Assembly (NCBI GenBank): GCA_951406725.2
Contig: OX597819.1
Span: 6,386,001-6,450,000 of the forward strand
Direction: 5' to 3'
From: Octopus vulgaris
Lineage: Eukaryota
DNA length: 64,000 nucleotides
The notes below the pieces were generated by a model. That model was not told the DNA's origin. It made no database searches and saw only the letters and a list, made by a program, of their open reading frames with translations. Of this stretch, positions 1 to 14,189 are shown one piece after another. Position numbers and translations under genes: made by a program. How positions within the stretch are numbered: position 1 is the stretch's first letter; every line of letters begins with the position of its first letter.

Positions 1-1917
1 CTGAGTGTTTAAAATCACATCCAAATATTCACAGTAAAGTAAACATTGGACCTTGATGAGAAACATTATCCCTTCAAATCTTCTTTGTATTGATCCAACA
101 TTTGCCACTGCTCGTTTGATTGATAGAAAGCGTCAGAAAAGTAGAAAATAAATTGACAAGAGAAAAACAACGCATATCAGCCAATATGTTACTCATGTCG
201 TTTAGTTTTGTTTGATTTTGTTTTTCTAAATTCTATTTCTTTGTCAGTAGTATTGATAATTAAGTTCGACATTTATACATCCTGAGACGTACCAACAGCT
301 GAAAAGAGCCAAACTTCACTTTGGATAGAAAGATGTGACAACAGTTTGGACAGGATAAAATAATATAGATTAATGCGAGGCCAATTTAGGATCGATAAAA
401 CTGTGCATTTCCTTTATTCCCTGTGTTAAATTGCTGCTCATATATTTATCTATTCTTTAAGAAAGAGTCACCGTAGGCAAGCAGATGTGAAGTGATTAAG
501 AGAGGTCATAGTTAATGGAATGTTTCTGTTAAAGTGCTTTTGGTTGTGGGGCAAAGTCTGTGGTTTAAGTCGTCAAATTTCTGGCATTTTCTATTCCCAT
601 AAAGCAAATTCAAGACCAATAACCTACATATGTTTACTATATATCACGACTTGTAAAGAAATATAAAACAAATGTTGCACTACGTTGAGTGAAAACTATG
701 AAAAGGGTTTGATTATTATTTAAGGATATTTCAATTACAACCTGATCGCCTTAATCCTCTCGTGACAAGCTGGAATGCTTCATTTCTCAGCTCCGGAAAC
801 ATGTTTTGGAGAGTGTATTCAGTTCAGTAGTAAAGTAATTCTGATATTTTATTCTTAATTATTTTAAAACCCTGTCGCTAATACCTTTGAGGGAGGTACG
901 TTTAGTACAATTTTGCATTTTTACTACCTCACTGCTCTCCTTTCACAGCAATGTAATAAATATAACTATGAAATCAGGTTCAATTGTTGCTGTTGTTAAT
1001 CAAGAAGAGGAAAGCTTCTGTTCAGCCAAATTCTAAATTCAGTTCTAGAGTAATGCTATTTTCCTCATCTATGAGATTTCAGTATCAGTTTAATAGAGAA
1101 ACGACAATTTATAGCAGCCATGTTGCCTCATTTGTGTCTTTGCCTTTAGGTTATTAACGATGCAATAGATATGAATGGCCAGAATATCACTGAATTGAAA
1201 TCGAATCAGAGATCTTTCGATGAAAGGGGTTCTAACCTTTTGATTCGCCTTTATTTGTCAAATAAAAAAAAAAAAATGAATTTATAGAGAATGCAAAGGC
1301 TATTATAGAGAAATATAAGAAAATTAAGATTAATATAAGGAAAACAAATTAGTTTGAACGTACGAGTGAAACTCCTACGTGCTGGATTTATACTCCGGTA
1401 CGTTTACTCAGTCAAACAACTAATGATAAAGAGCTGACGTCATGCTTATAATGCATTCCAGTGCGGATGATTGACATGATTTTAATTTCACCTGTTGTTC
1501 ATTATTTATCCAGGAGTGAATAGATTTTGTTTATGAATACGGAATAATAAAACCGTCCAGCTATCTTTTATTATAACATCGAGCTCATTATTTCCCTATT
1601 TAATCGTCATATCGCAAAACTTTTACAACGCTTCCGAAATTTTTTTAAATAGTAGTGTTAAGAAACGTATCTCTACACTTCAGTGAGTTTTCCGTGCACT
1701 AAACTGGCTTAAAATGCGTTGTAAAACAAATAAGTGAATGTCTGAATGAGAGAGAATAATTGACGTTTTTTTCGTTCCCTTAATATTTCTTGACTACTCA
1801 GAAATATATCTTCGCGTGAAATGGTTTGCAGTATTCTGGCTTAAAGCAGCAGTATGTGTGTGTACATGCGTGCGTGTTTATACATACACACACACACACA
1901 CGTGTGTACGCGCGCGC

Positions 1918-1984
<67 letters not shown>

Positions 1985-2151
1985 CAAGTATGAATGTGCG
2001 TGCATGTATGATAGCAGTACGTTCATACAATAAGATATCTGAATTTATTAGTTCACAATCCGCTTTCTAATTAAATTTTTCAATCTCTGAGTGCGTCGTC
2101 TTGAGTGTAATTTCAAAGCTATATTGTGCAGACGGCGATATTCTTGTATTC

Positions 2152-2370
2152 GAAGGCGGAGGCGAGCTGGCAGAAACGTTAGCACGCCGGGCGAAATGTT
2201 TAGCGGTATTTCGTCTATCTTTACGTTCTGAGTTCAAGTTCCGTCGAGGTCGACTTTGCCTTTCATCTTTTCGGGATCGCTAATTTAAGTACCAGTTGCG
2301 TACTGGGGTCGATCTAATCGACTGGCCCCCTCCCCCAAAATTTCGGGCCTTGTGCCTAGAGTAGAAAATG
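2152..2370 (+). mobile_element. tRNA-derived SINE, family A
   Basis: Head GGCGAGCTGGCAGAAACGTTAGC...GAGTTCAAGTTCC (A/B-box-like) and core GTCGACTTTGCCTTTCATC..TCGGG..TAAGTACCAG; recurs elsewhere in the window; tcttgtatt on both flanks (probable TSD). Confidence 0.85.
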
Positions 2371-3347
2371 ATAATCTTGTATTTTTTGTATTAATCCAAT
2401 GATCCAACTCGATTTAGTTCGCCTCAGAAAAAGAGTGACAAGCGGAATGCAGATATTGAACATAGTCAAATGACCTTAAAATTATCGGAAAGGTATAATC
2501 GCTTTTATTGACACTGTACATTACTGGTATCTTTTTTATCAATCCAAGTATAAAAGGAGAATTGGCTTCTTCAGATTTCGACATCAGACAAAAATGGTTC
2601 GGAAGACATATTGCCCGACATACCAACGATTCTGCAAACGGAGAAGAGCAACATGATAAGAGATGTTCAGTGCACCGCATTATCTTCAGTTTGAATTTTT
2701 CATCGAAGTGATTAGCACCAAATCCTTTATAATCAAGGGGCTGCAGTAATTTGAGATCTGAAAACGTCAATACTGAAGAGGCGCATGAGAAAGGATGGGT
2801 GAGTGAATCATATGAATATAGGGGAGGTCCCATAGGTTCCAAAAAATTCGAAAAACGTCAGGTATCTTGTATCAGCAGAAAAAACATAGTACGGTCATAC
2901 AATAGGCTTATGATAGCTTGGGCTCGTTGTAAACAATGTGAAAATCGAGGAATCCCCGTCAAGTTTCATTGAGGTGAATTGTATTCCTATTTGTTTAAAG
3001 TTCAGGTGTATGTTGGGTGTTGATCAATGTAAAATACTGCGCGTCACTGAAAGAATAGAATACATTGTCTATTGCGTAGTTGTCTGCTTGTGAGTGACAT
3101 CTAGTAGACTGTTGCTAATGAGCAGAAAGGGTTTCTGGGCCATATAAGATATGGATGAGTTAAAAGACAACAGTGAAATATTTTTTAAATTCCAGAGAGC
3201 AATATTGATCGATGTTGTAAAGGGAAAATGTTTTAGATTCATTAAACCATTCTGCAGAATTAGTTTATGCTTATCAGATTAGTTTATCAGTTTTCATATT
3301 ATTAATGAATATCATCGAAGAATAATTACACATTGACTTTTTAACTA

Positions 3348-3485
3348 AAGCAACGAACTGGCAAACCCACTAGAGCGTTGCATGGAATACCTTGCGGTAT
3401 TTGTCCCGGATTTCCACGAGCCGAGTTTAAATTTCGACGGGGTCAACCTTGCATTTCATCTGCTCAGATTTAATAGTAAAATAAA
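3348..3485 (+). mobile_element. Diverged SINE family A copy
   Basis: gcaacgaactggcaaac...gagtttaaatttcgacggggtcaaccttgcatttcatc aligns loosely to family A. Confidence 0.55.
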
Positions 3486-4530
3486 CATTTCCTTATTCCT
3501 TTCAAATCTAACTATTCAACACAGCAAAGGAATAATGAAAAGCTAATTATAGTATATGTGATACCACAATTAATATTACTGACATGATTAAAAATTTCCG
3601 GAGACGACCACCAAATTTCTGAGAATTGGTGGTTCCAGATAATCTTTACTGAACTATTGTGCTATTTGTATTTTTCGTTGAACTATGTTTCAACTATTTT
3701 AGTTTCAAATATAACACGAGAGTAATGAAGACCTATATGACAGGTATAAAATAAAACGATGGATTTTTAATCAATAGTTTGGTATCAAGCCATTAGTAAA
3801 ATCAATAGGCGTGTTTCGGAAAGAAAATAAGTTTCCAAGATTTTCCTTTTCGACTTACATATACCGCTTACATTAAAATGGTTTTAAATAAGAGCGGAAA
3901 ATCCAATAGAAGGTCAAGAAATATCAGAATATTCCATCTAGTTGTGTTCCTTGCAGTCATTAAAAGAACTTTCAACAGAGCACATTCTCTTCCTTGTTTC
4001 TCTCCATTTCTTTGTTTTTCTGAATCCATTACATTTTTCTCCGTTACACAACGGATAAATATCCATTTAAATACTTGACCTCTGAAGACCTTTGCTGCCT
4101 CTACACCAGGGGAATCACGGAGGTTCAGTAACCCGTTACTTCGTTGATTAAGAATAGCCTGGTTTTTTTTTTCTTTTAAGATATCAACTATAAATTTAGC
4201 TTTTAGTTGATCCCGTTTCCGTTAGTATAAAATACCATTGATAAGAGTAAATTTAATATGATTAAACTATAGTTCGAAATGTAAGATTAGTCGTAAACTT
4301 ACTATCTATAACATTACTGTATGAGTCGTAGATTCTACCTCGTTTACTGTAAAACTTGTTTCTTACTTTTATGCATTTTCTATCATTTGTTACATTTTCT
4401 ATACAACTTAAGGAAGTTGTTTGATTTAAGTTCTTTGAATCTGATAACTTTGAAAATGTATGCTCAGAACTTCAACAACGTTAAACTTACATTTTCTATT
4501 AACTAAATATACGAGTTAAGTTAAATTTAC

Positions 4531-4618
4531 CTCGACATGCGAACACAAGGAGTTAAGCAGACAAACTCCTTGTGTTCGCATGTCGAGTTAAGATACATTT
4601 ACCTCGACATGCGAACAC
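4531..4618. repeat. Perfect 24-bp inverted repeat plus a third, direct partial copy
   Basis: ctcgacatgcgaacacaaggagtt (4531-4554) is the reverse complement of 4564-4587; tttacctcgacatgcgaacac is repeated at ~4598-4618. Confidence 0.9.
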
Positions 4619-4944
4619 ACACTTATCCACATTCTACCACACAACTACTATACCAGCCTAAAAACACTATCACTAGACTCAGACAAAGTAAAATACGTAT
4701 AGTTTGAATAACTTCATTAAACTGGAGAGTTGCGGCGGGATGCGTACCACTTATGACAAACACAGGCGAATAGCAACCGTTGCGTTCTGATGAAGTCTAC
4801 TTCACTCGCCTTCAGAGTGACCGTCATAAAAAATATACATAAACATACCGGACTGCAGAAAGAATAAAAGCCCAGACTGACTAACTACAACCATATGTGC
4901 CGTCGGTACATATCGAAAGTTACACACACACACACACATACACA

Positions 4945-5011
<67 letters not shown>

Positions 5012-5307
5012 ACACACACATAAACACACATACACACACACATACACACACACACACATACACAAACACGCACACATACACATATATATATTGAGAAAAA
5101 GGAGGCAGTCACAATTCTGGATAATTCCTTATTTGCGTTTTCGTTTGTTTATCGAACTCGCCAAGACAAAATCAGAATGTTACAAAGAAAACGATTCGTT
5201 GTTCATTTACATGAATCAGGTGGGGTTTTTTTGCTTTGTTTAGAAGCGGAGAAAAATATGTTTGTTTTTTTGTGGGGTGGGGGGAAGAAAATAAAAGAGG
5301 AGGAAAT

Positions 5308-5351
<44 letters not shown>

Positions 5352-5458
5352 TTCAGGGCAATCAAGAAAGAAGGAAAAAATAATAAAGGATGGGGAAAGG
5401 ATAGATAGATACAGTATCTGTACATCACTTCAAACACTCTATACGTATACACACACAT

Positions 5459-5489
<31 letters not shown>

Positions 5490-6465
5490 AATATATTAGC
5501 TGCGTTTCTCGGTAAAAAAAATTACCGTTAATTAGATGTCTGTTTATAGCCATGAAACATTTTTCGTCAAATTTCGACATTTTTCAAAAATTGAAAATCT
5601 ATATTAATTTGTAGGCTCTATTTGACGGAAAAAATGAGCAGAGTCTGATGGATTTGTTTCACTAAAACCCCTGTAGGCGGTGCTCAAGCATAGCTGCAGT
5701 CGAATGATTGAAACAAGCGAAAGATAAAAGATAAAGAAAGAAAGGAAAAAATACGAAGTAATAAAGGAAAGAAAGAATAGAAAATAAGAAAGAGAGGGAA
5801 TAATGAAGCAGAAAAATACAAAGCAAATAATCATGTAGGACAAAACAAAAATAAAGAGATAAGACGGCAGCAAGGAGAAAAGAGAAGTGCTTAAAAGTTT
5901 CATAATTGCTGCAAGAGTGTAGAGTTGCCGAGAGAAAAAGAGACAATGTAACGTTGCGCTAATCATCAGTGACATTCTGTTTAACGGTCAAGTTCAGTTT
6001 CATCTAAATATGGACCGTAGAGAGAAAACAGATACTGCCAGTGTAGATGTGAATGGAAAGCTAGAGAATACCCAATGATCAGAAGGTTATCATCAAACAC
6101 ACACTATTCCAGGTTTCTTGGGAGTAACGAAAAGAGAATATCTATGCCACTCACCAAATTATCTTCATTTCAGAAGGAACTAATTAAAGATTTGGCATGC
6201 TCTTCTGCTCTTGGAAACCATATTGTTAGACTTGTATTCATTTCTTTTGGCGAGATGAAAGGTCAATTTCACAGAAGCAAGTTTTTATTTTGCATTGAAC
6301 CCTTCCAAGAATATGACATTTACTTTATTCGTCGACTCTTGCTACATTTAAGTTAGAATCGTCAACGGCAGAATTTTATCGCAGGAATTCCGGTTGTCTT
6401 CTACTATAGCCCTGGGTCGTCAAAGCCTTATTTAACAGACGGTGGCTGAACGGAGACAATAAAGA

Positions 6466-6900
6466 GCAACCGTAGCTCTGTGGTAAGAAGTTTGCTTCTC
6501 AACCAGATGGTTCCGGGTTCCGTCCCACTGCCTAGTACATTGAACAAATGTCTTCTATTATAGACTCGGGCCGATCAAAGCCTTATGAGTTGATTTGGTA
6601 GACGGAAACTGAAAGAGCCCCGTCTCATATATGTGTGTGTGTGTGTGTGTGTATTTGTGTGCGTATGTATGTCTGCGCGCGTTCATGTGTTTATGTGCGT
6701 GTGTGTATCTGTCCCCATCCCGCTTGACAACCAGTGTTGGTTTACGTCCCTGTTACTTAGTGAATCGGCAAGAGAGACAGGCGGTATAAGTTCTAGACTT
6801 AAGAAATTAAGTCCTGCGGATGATTTCTTTGACTAAAACCCTTCAAGGTGGGGCCCAAGCATGGCTGCAGTCCAATGAACGAAACAAGTAAAAGGAAAGA
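6466..6900 (+). mobile_element. SINE family B (tRNA-like head, internal microsatellite, LINE-like tail), diverged
   Basis: tgtggtaagaagtttgct..ggttccgggtt head, gatttggtagacggaaactgaaag core, (TG)n, tail gcatggctgcagtccaatgaacgaaacaagtaaaag. Confidence 0.8.
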
Positions 6901-7140
6901 AGTTAGCTCAGATGCACTACACTTACTGTTGTTGCTTTTAATAATGTTTAGTTCTGACCTGATAGAACAGACCAATGATAAATTGTCTTTCCTGCTGTTC
7001 GTTAAAATGCGACCCAGAAAACTTTATCTGCGTCATTTCATTTTAAGTGTAATGGGGGTGTCATTCACGGGAAATAGGGCATTATTTCTAGCAGAATTTT
7101 TGAATGCAGTTTTTGGCTTAGATCGAAAATGGGATACTCT

Positions 7141-7622
<482 letters not shown>

Positions 7623-9163
7623 ATGTTGTGCAATGATACAAGAATTACATTATTTTCGATAATATATTCAGACAGCTGACACAGCATGACTACACAATCA
7701 ATCCCTTTCACCTTTGTATCTCAATGATAGGGTTTTACCCTTATTTATTTCTATAAACCACGAGGAAGTAACTTCTAAAGTCAGCTCTGTTAAGATTACA
7801 ATTCTGAACTAAAGCAGACGAAATGCTATAATTCTTGTAGAGTCCCTTCTATCTTGGCTCTTTATTTCATTACAGTATCGAGGGTGTGGTGATTACATAG
7901 TAAAATATACATGTAATTTATAAAATGTTTAACTGCATTACATTGTTGAATATAAAACAGAGACGTGATTAGTGAACCGATTATCGATTACGACAATTAA
8001 TATCTAAAAATGGAACTAGTTTTGAAGTAGAAAACTGTAAAATATGACTCTACAAAATTACAAGAAAATGACTAAAATTTCTGAAAAAATTTATTGCCAA
8101 ACACATGCAAGAACCGAATCAATATATGTCGACCGTGGTTCTCTGTAGTCCGAAAATGATGACGCAGTTGTTCTGTTAACTGGATAGCCTACTTCTGAAT
8201 TAACGTGTAACTGGCTGAGTATCTCTCCGATTCTTAATGTAATCCTGAAGCTAAACTGGTCGTAACACAACGTGTGTGACAAATACAAATTACCCTGAGG
8301 TCTTCTGTAACGTTTCCGTTCGTTCAGGTTCAGTTACGAAGAATGGGTCAGCCCGGGACAGCAGGAAATAAATATGTGTTCAAGATGTCAGACGGTAGGG
8401 CATGTGCAAATATACTTATGTATGTATGTGTGAGTGTGTGTGTGGACTGACACAATATCCATCTGTTGTCATTTATTTATTTATTATTCACGTCACTCAG
8501 AACCTACACCTTACGTAGATCCAAAGTATATTATATGACCGTACATTTAGCGCAATGTGCGTTCCCTGTTTAGCCACAGGACTCATGATATACTCAGTCG
8601 GGTACAGTTAATCGAATACATCATCTGAATATCGTTCTGCCTATATTGCAGTACCCGTGCATGCATTTCTCTATTTTTGTTGTTATACATTTTATTTTCG
8701 ACTCGGTACATATTTTTCGACTCGGTACGTTAACGTTTAAGTGCCTGATTCGCTCAAATCCTGATGCATTATATATCTTCTTATATAAAATAGACCTGCG
8801 TGTGTGTGTGTTCGCTTTTCACGCTTTTCAGACACATAATAGGGTCTTCACTTTATGTTTTTTATCAAAAACATATAATAGTGGTTTCTATATATGATTC
8901 AGTTCTTTAAAAAGGTTTCTTAATGTCAACTTCCGGTATTGACGCAGCAACGGCGAAATTTTCCGTTTTCATTTGCAAAACATCTCACTCTCTATTTTAA
9001 TGCCTTCATTTCAAGTTTTAATTCGCTATTTCCAAACAACTACGATAAATTACCGAAAGAAATATTTACTAAATTCACAAATTTAAATATTCGGTACAAG
9101 ATTTATATATTTTTTCATTTCATGTTTATTTCATTCATTGTTTGCAGTGTTCTCTCCCCTCTT

Positions 9164-9198
<35 letters not shown>

Positions 9199-9839
9199 AG
9201 TCAGTCACACACGCACACATGTGTTTTTGTATGTACGTTTGTATACATTTATGTATGTCTGTGTGTTTGTGAGAGATAGACAGATAGATGGATTGCGGGA
9301 GAGAGAGAGAGTTAAAGTCAGTCAAGGGGTGTTGTCATGTTTACGTACATGCATTAACACATATGCATACATCTTTTTTGAATGTATGTGTGCTTTTGAC
9401 GGGGGAGAGAGAGAAAGAGAGAGTGATGTCTAAATGACACTGACTCTGTCTCTCTCTCTCTGTCTCTCTCTCTCTCTCTTACATACGCGCGCGCGCACAT
9501 ATACATGCAAAAAAGATGTATGCATATTTATTTATGTATGTACATATATATGGCAACACAATCATTCTCTATCGCTCCCTCTCTCACTCAAGTCTATTTC
9601 ATCTGTTGTTCGATACTGTATATGTGTGTTCGTGTGTGCGCAGGCGCATGGAGTTTCGCAATCGCCATTTATTTCAATTACTCTTGTGAAGATATTCACG
9701 TAACTCATTTTTTTCATTTAATCCCCATTTTAATTTTCGAAAAACTTTCCAAGAACAAACATTTCACTCTCTACAAAAGGATTCGGGGTAGATGTAAACG
9801 ATCAGTATTCTACCGTGAAGCAAAGAGGAGTGCAGTTAC

Positions 9840-10520
9840 CCAGAGTCAATGTTGAATTCCGCAACTCCGTTTACCCTATTAAGTATGTTTGCAAATATAT
9901 AAACAAAGGTTTAGATGCTGCAACATACACTCTTATGCAGAATAGCAGTCAGTAAATAAATAAAAATGACGAGGATGCACAGTATGATAGAGGAATATAC
10001 ACCAGTACCAATGAGGCTTTTTGGCGCATCTGCAATTTTCCCATTCCTGAGAGGTACCCAACCATCATTCATCCTGAGTGTCCATCTAGAGAATGGCCAC
10101 AGGGTTACGTTTACAAAACAAACAGCCTTGCAACAAGCATTTTCTCCAAAAGACACAAACCTTACTGACTTTTTAAGCTGTGCCATCTATTGATGAAGAC
10201 GCAAGTAAACACTTTTACCCACAATTACCCAAGGATTACAGCTGGCGAAACAATAAATAACACAAGAGGAAATGGGCTGACGCTCCAAGCCAAGAAGAAT
10301 GCCACTAGTTACTACTGCTTTTGCATGAAGTACGTTGTACCATATCATACCAAGATTCGAGGAAGGTAAATGATCATGTGTTTGAAACTTATAGGGAAGC
10401 ATGCAACTAACAAGTTTTTTTTTTAGAAAATGATGAGCATTGGAACGTTGCATTGACTGAAGCATCAGTATCGTGTTCTCCAAGGAATCTCCGTAACCTA
10501 TTTGCAATTAAACTGAACAT
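9840..10520 (+). pseudogene. Helitron Rep/helicase (RepHel) fragment
   Basis: Broken frames give VNVEF.NS, IKYVCKYINKGLDAA and LSVHLENGHRVTFTKQTA..TNLTDF, matching Helitron RepHel motifs (KYxxKYxNKG; VHLENGQRVYF); stops and frameshifts present. Confidence 0.75.
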
Positions 10521-10831
10521 GTATCAACTTGGCAGTCCCCTACAGCTTTGGATAAAACATCGTGAGGAGATAGCAAACCCAGATATCAATATTCAGTTCG
10601 CTGAAACAATTCTCTAGCCAAGCACTGATTGAAACTGACGCAACGAAAATTTTAGAAAATAAAAATAAGAAATAAGGGAAAATTTTACCGGTGAGTGTGT
10701 TAAATAATAAGGCACTAAAAGAGAATGTCTCTCCCCAGACACAACACAATATGCTTCAACACACGAACTCATATAAAGAATCTTGCAAACCAAATCCCAA
10801 AACGAAATATATATATATATATATATATATA

Positions 10832-11190
10832 TGCTGGAGCACCGCCTCAAAGGGTTTTAGACGAAGAAATCGACCCCAAGTCATATTGTTTGTAAGCCTA
10901 GTAGTTATTCTAGTGGTTTCTTTGGCCGAACATCTAGGTTACAGTGATATAAACACACCACTATCGGTTGTCAAGCGATGCAGGGGACACAAACACACAC
11001 ACACGCACACAATATATATATATATACGAATATACGACGGGCTTCTTTCAGTTTCCATCTACCAAATCCACTCACAAGGCTTTAGTGGGACCGAGGCTAT
11101 AGTAGAAGACACTTGGCCAAGGTGCCACCCACTGGGACGAAACCATGTGGTGCGTACGCGAGCTTCTTACGCCCCACGGACATCTGCGTC
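10832..11190 (-). mobile_element. SINE family B, diverged/partial
   Basis: gctggagcaccgcc..tcggttgtcaagcgatg..tacgacgggcttctttcagtttcc..ccaaatccactcacaagg. Confidence 0.8.
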
Positions 11191-12259
11191 TCTTTGCAAA
11201 TTTTTATCACTTTTTTTTCTTCAAGCAGATGACAAAGTGTAGCCCTTGTGATTTTCTCTCAAACAAATTTCATTCTTCTTGTTAGGGTCGATACCCACCA
11301 AGGATGGTTCTCAGTGGTGTTTAACTCAGAACCCCGTCGTTGCAGATCGAACTTCTTAACTGTACGGCCATGTTTGAAACTTATCAGAATTGATCGGACG
11401 CAGCTCGCTACTAATGTTAAAAGCACCTACTTCTATGCCTTAACTAACGCAGTGAAACTTGAAACTGTCGATGAATATGTGTTGACATATGTTAATGTGA
11501 TTCAGGGTTTATGGATGTATCAAAGATTATTGGCGACCGACCATCTGGCACAGATGTAACGGCAGTGGGAACATTCATAAAAAGGTTTTAAAGATAATGA
11601 GATCCACGAAACTGGAACTGTTACACCCAGTTTCATAAAAGCATGTATTTTAAGGGAATAAATGAATGATTTTTAGGGCGTTAACAAAACGAAAAAATAA
11701 AACGATATTGATTATTGAACAATAATCGATCGTTAGTTGAAATTTCAAGATAACACTTTCACAAAGGATTGACACCATGCCAAACTGTTTGTGGGGACAA
11801 CAAAAGGATCAATAGTATATCACCTTTGAAATATATTTCTTGGCAACAAAATATGTTATATTTCTTTTGCTATTGCTTTTGCTGTTTTTGTATTTTCGCG
11901 TGAAAAATCGATTCTTTATAATTACACACACACACACACACACACAACACACACACACACACATAAGCACGAAAAGCACGGGCATGTACACACAATGATA
12001 ACTTGGCGTAATTCTATATTTTTTATATGATATATTTGAGATCTATTCTCCCTGTTTCTTCAATTCATATATATGTGAAGTATACTAAAGAATACCTGAA
12101 ACTCCTTGTGCAATCTCAAGTATAAAATATCTTGGTTGAACTAAAATAGTTCTGTCTAAGGTCGTCTGCGTCAATGTACTGGATTTCTTCTGGTATTTAA
12201 GCATCTCGACTTATATTCACAACTAGATGACTTTCAAGATAATAGTCACTAATGTTTAA

Positions 12260-12470
12260 GGTTGCAAGTTGATGGAATCGTTAGTATTTGGGCAAAATTT
12301 TTAGCGGCATTTTGCAAGTCTTTCCTTCCGAGCTCAAATGCCGCGGAGGTCGTACTTTCTTTTCATCCGTTTGGGATCGATAAATAAATACCAGTTGAGG
12401 ACTGGAGACCATATATTGACTTACCCCTCCCCCGAACCTGCTGGCATTATGCCAAAACTTTGAAACCAGT
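12260..12470 (+). mobile_element. Diverged SINE family A copy
   Basis: gagctcaaatgccgcggaggtcgtactttcttttcatccgtttgggatcgataaataaataccag. Confidence 0.65.
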
Positions 12471-12734
12471 GTTTACTAATGTTCTAGTATTTAATTTCAG
12501 TGGTTGCTTTGGATCTACGTGTATTCCAGATTCATTTATAAACTATCCGTTCAGAATGACAAAATGTCCAATACAAATATTGTGTGGTTAATTTATTTAC
12601 AACCTTCAAGTCAAGAGGGGCTGGTGGTGAATGACCACCGAATAATCTATACGACTTGCATGACAACGTGATAAATATTCCGTTTTCTTTCCATACTATA
12701 TGATGCCTATTATTGTAATCGTCTAGTTCTTGTT

Positions 12735-12937
12735 TATGGAAATGTACTTGCATAGCAAGTGATTTGATCTGAGATCGTGTGCTGGAACGAAAACAATTGC
12801 AGCGTGGAAGGTGTTTGTAAGCCATTTAAGAAACATACAAAAGCCGTTCGATTCACTTCAATATTTAAGTTTAATTTGTCAAAATATTTTCGTCGCTAAA
12901 ATCCGCGACCTGTTCACTGACAAAAATCCGTGCTGCA
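12735..12937 (-). mobile_element. Short non-coding element with a 13-bp flanking duplication, carrying a hammerhead-like motif (12875-12924)
   Basis: tctagttcttgtt at 12722-12734 and 12938-12950; same family as 44380-44783; minus strand tttgtca GTGAACA G GTCGC..GCGAC GAA AATATT T tgacaaa. Confidence 0.7.
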
Positions 12938-13596
12938 TCTAGTTCTTGTTGTTATGTCATTATGTGCATTCAGAACAATAAAGCACCTCGGTCAAAACGA
13001 GTGAAGATTCAACATCATAAGTTCATGTGCGTCTATGTTTACGGTACTTGTATAAACACAGAGACGCAAATATAAACACTCACGCAGGTACACAAGCATG
13101 CATGCATAAAGTACAACATTTAGCCGCGCGAACAAAAATAATGCAGTACTTAATACGAGTGCAGAGTGAAATATTATGTATTATGATATTTATTCGACGC
13201 TTAGTCTGCGTTTCGCGGTTCCGGTTGTCGGGAGACTGAGGAAAACAATCAAGAAAGGCATAGATGTGAATCAAACAGAACAAGATTTGAATAAATGAAA
13301 GAATATGTTACTCTACTCTCTGTCATTTTCTCTCAATTTGTTTCTCTCTATATGCATGCATATACATACACACACCCACACACATACACATACACAGAGG
13401 TACTTTAATTTCATTTCTCGACTTTTCCTGTCTTTCCCTATAGCCAATAGACATCACTAATTTATTTAAGTCTGCTTAGAGACATAGCCAACCACCAGTT
13501 GCACCTCATTTCAACATACTCGCCGTAATATACCTCTCCCTTCCTCCCTCTGGTTTATCTCTTATACCTCTATTCACTCATTACTGACTCACCCAC

Positions 13597-13977
13597 GTGG
13601 AGGCGCAATGGCCCAGTGGTCAGGGTAGCGGACTCGCGGTCGTAGGATCGCGGTTTCGATTCCCAGACCGGGCATTGTGAGTGTTTATTGAGCGAAAACA
13701 CCTAAAGCTTCACAAGGCTCCTGCAGGGGGTGGTGGTGATCCCTGCTGTACTCTTTCACCACAACTTTCTCTCACTCTTACTTCCTGTTTCTGTTGTACC
13801 TGTATTTCAAAGGACCGGCCTTGTCACTCTCTGTATCACGCTGAATCTCCTCGAGAACTACGTTAAGGGTACACGTGTCTGTGGAGTGCTCAGCCACTTG
13901 CACGTTAATTCCACGAGCAAGCTGTTCCGTTGATCGTATCAGCTGGGACCCTCATCGTCGTAACCGTCGGAGTGCTC
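13597..13977 (+). mobile_element. tRNA-derived SINE, family C
   Basis: GGAGGCGCAATGGCCCAGTGGT (A box)...GGTTTCGATTCCC (B box); copies at 33732 and 35349; diverged TSD actgactcacccacg/actaactcaccctcg. Confidence 0.9.
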
Positions 13978-14189
13978 CTATATATAACTAACTCACCCTC
14001 GTTCCCTTCACCTTGCATTTTTTCTTGTTGTTTCATTGCCTTTCACTCCTCCCTCGGTAAGCCACATACATCCCCCCTCACCCTGCGACTTACTCCTTTT
14101 CTTTCTCATCTCTCATTCAACCTTTAAATCTCATGCTTTGCCAAATCTTCCTCCTGATAAAGGAAACCGGTCTTATGGTAATATCTCTG

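Noticed and set aside
1150-1265. Possible exon after a ctttag acceptor
   Set aside because: No clear donor and no recognisable protein.
2414-2972. Non-repetitive ORFs as a gene or transposase
   Set aside because: No recognisable motif and the frames are interrupted; possibly an old TE.
13597-13670. tRNA genes at the SINE heads (also 33732, 35349, 2152, 59342)
   Set aside because: The A/B boxes continue into shared SINE bodies, several with TSDs, and no proper cloverleaf is evident.
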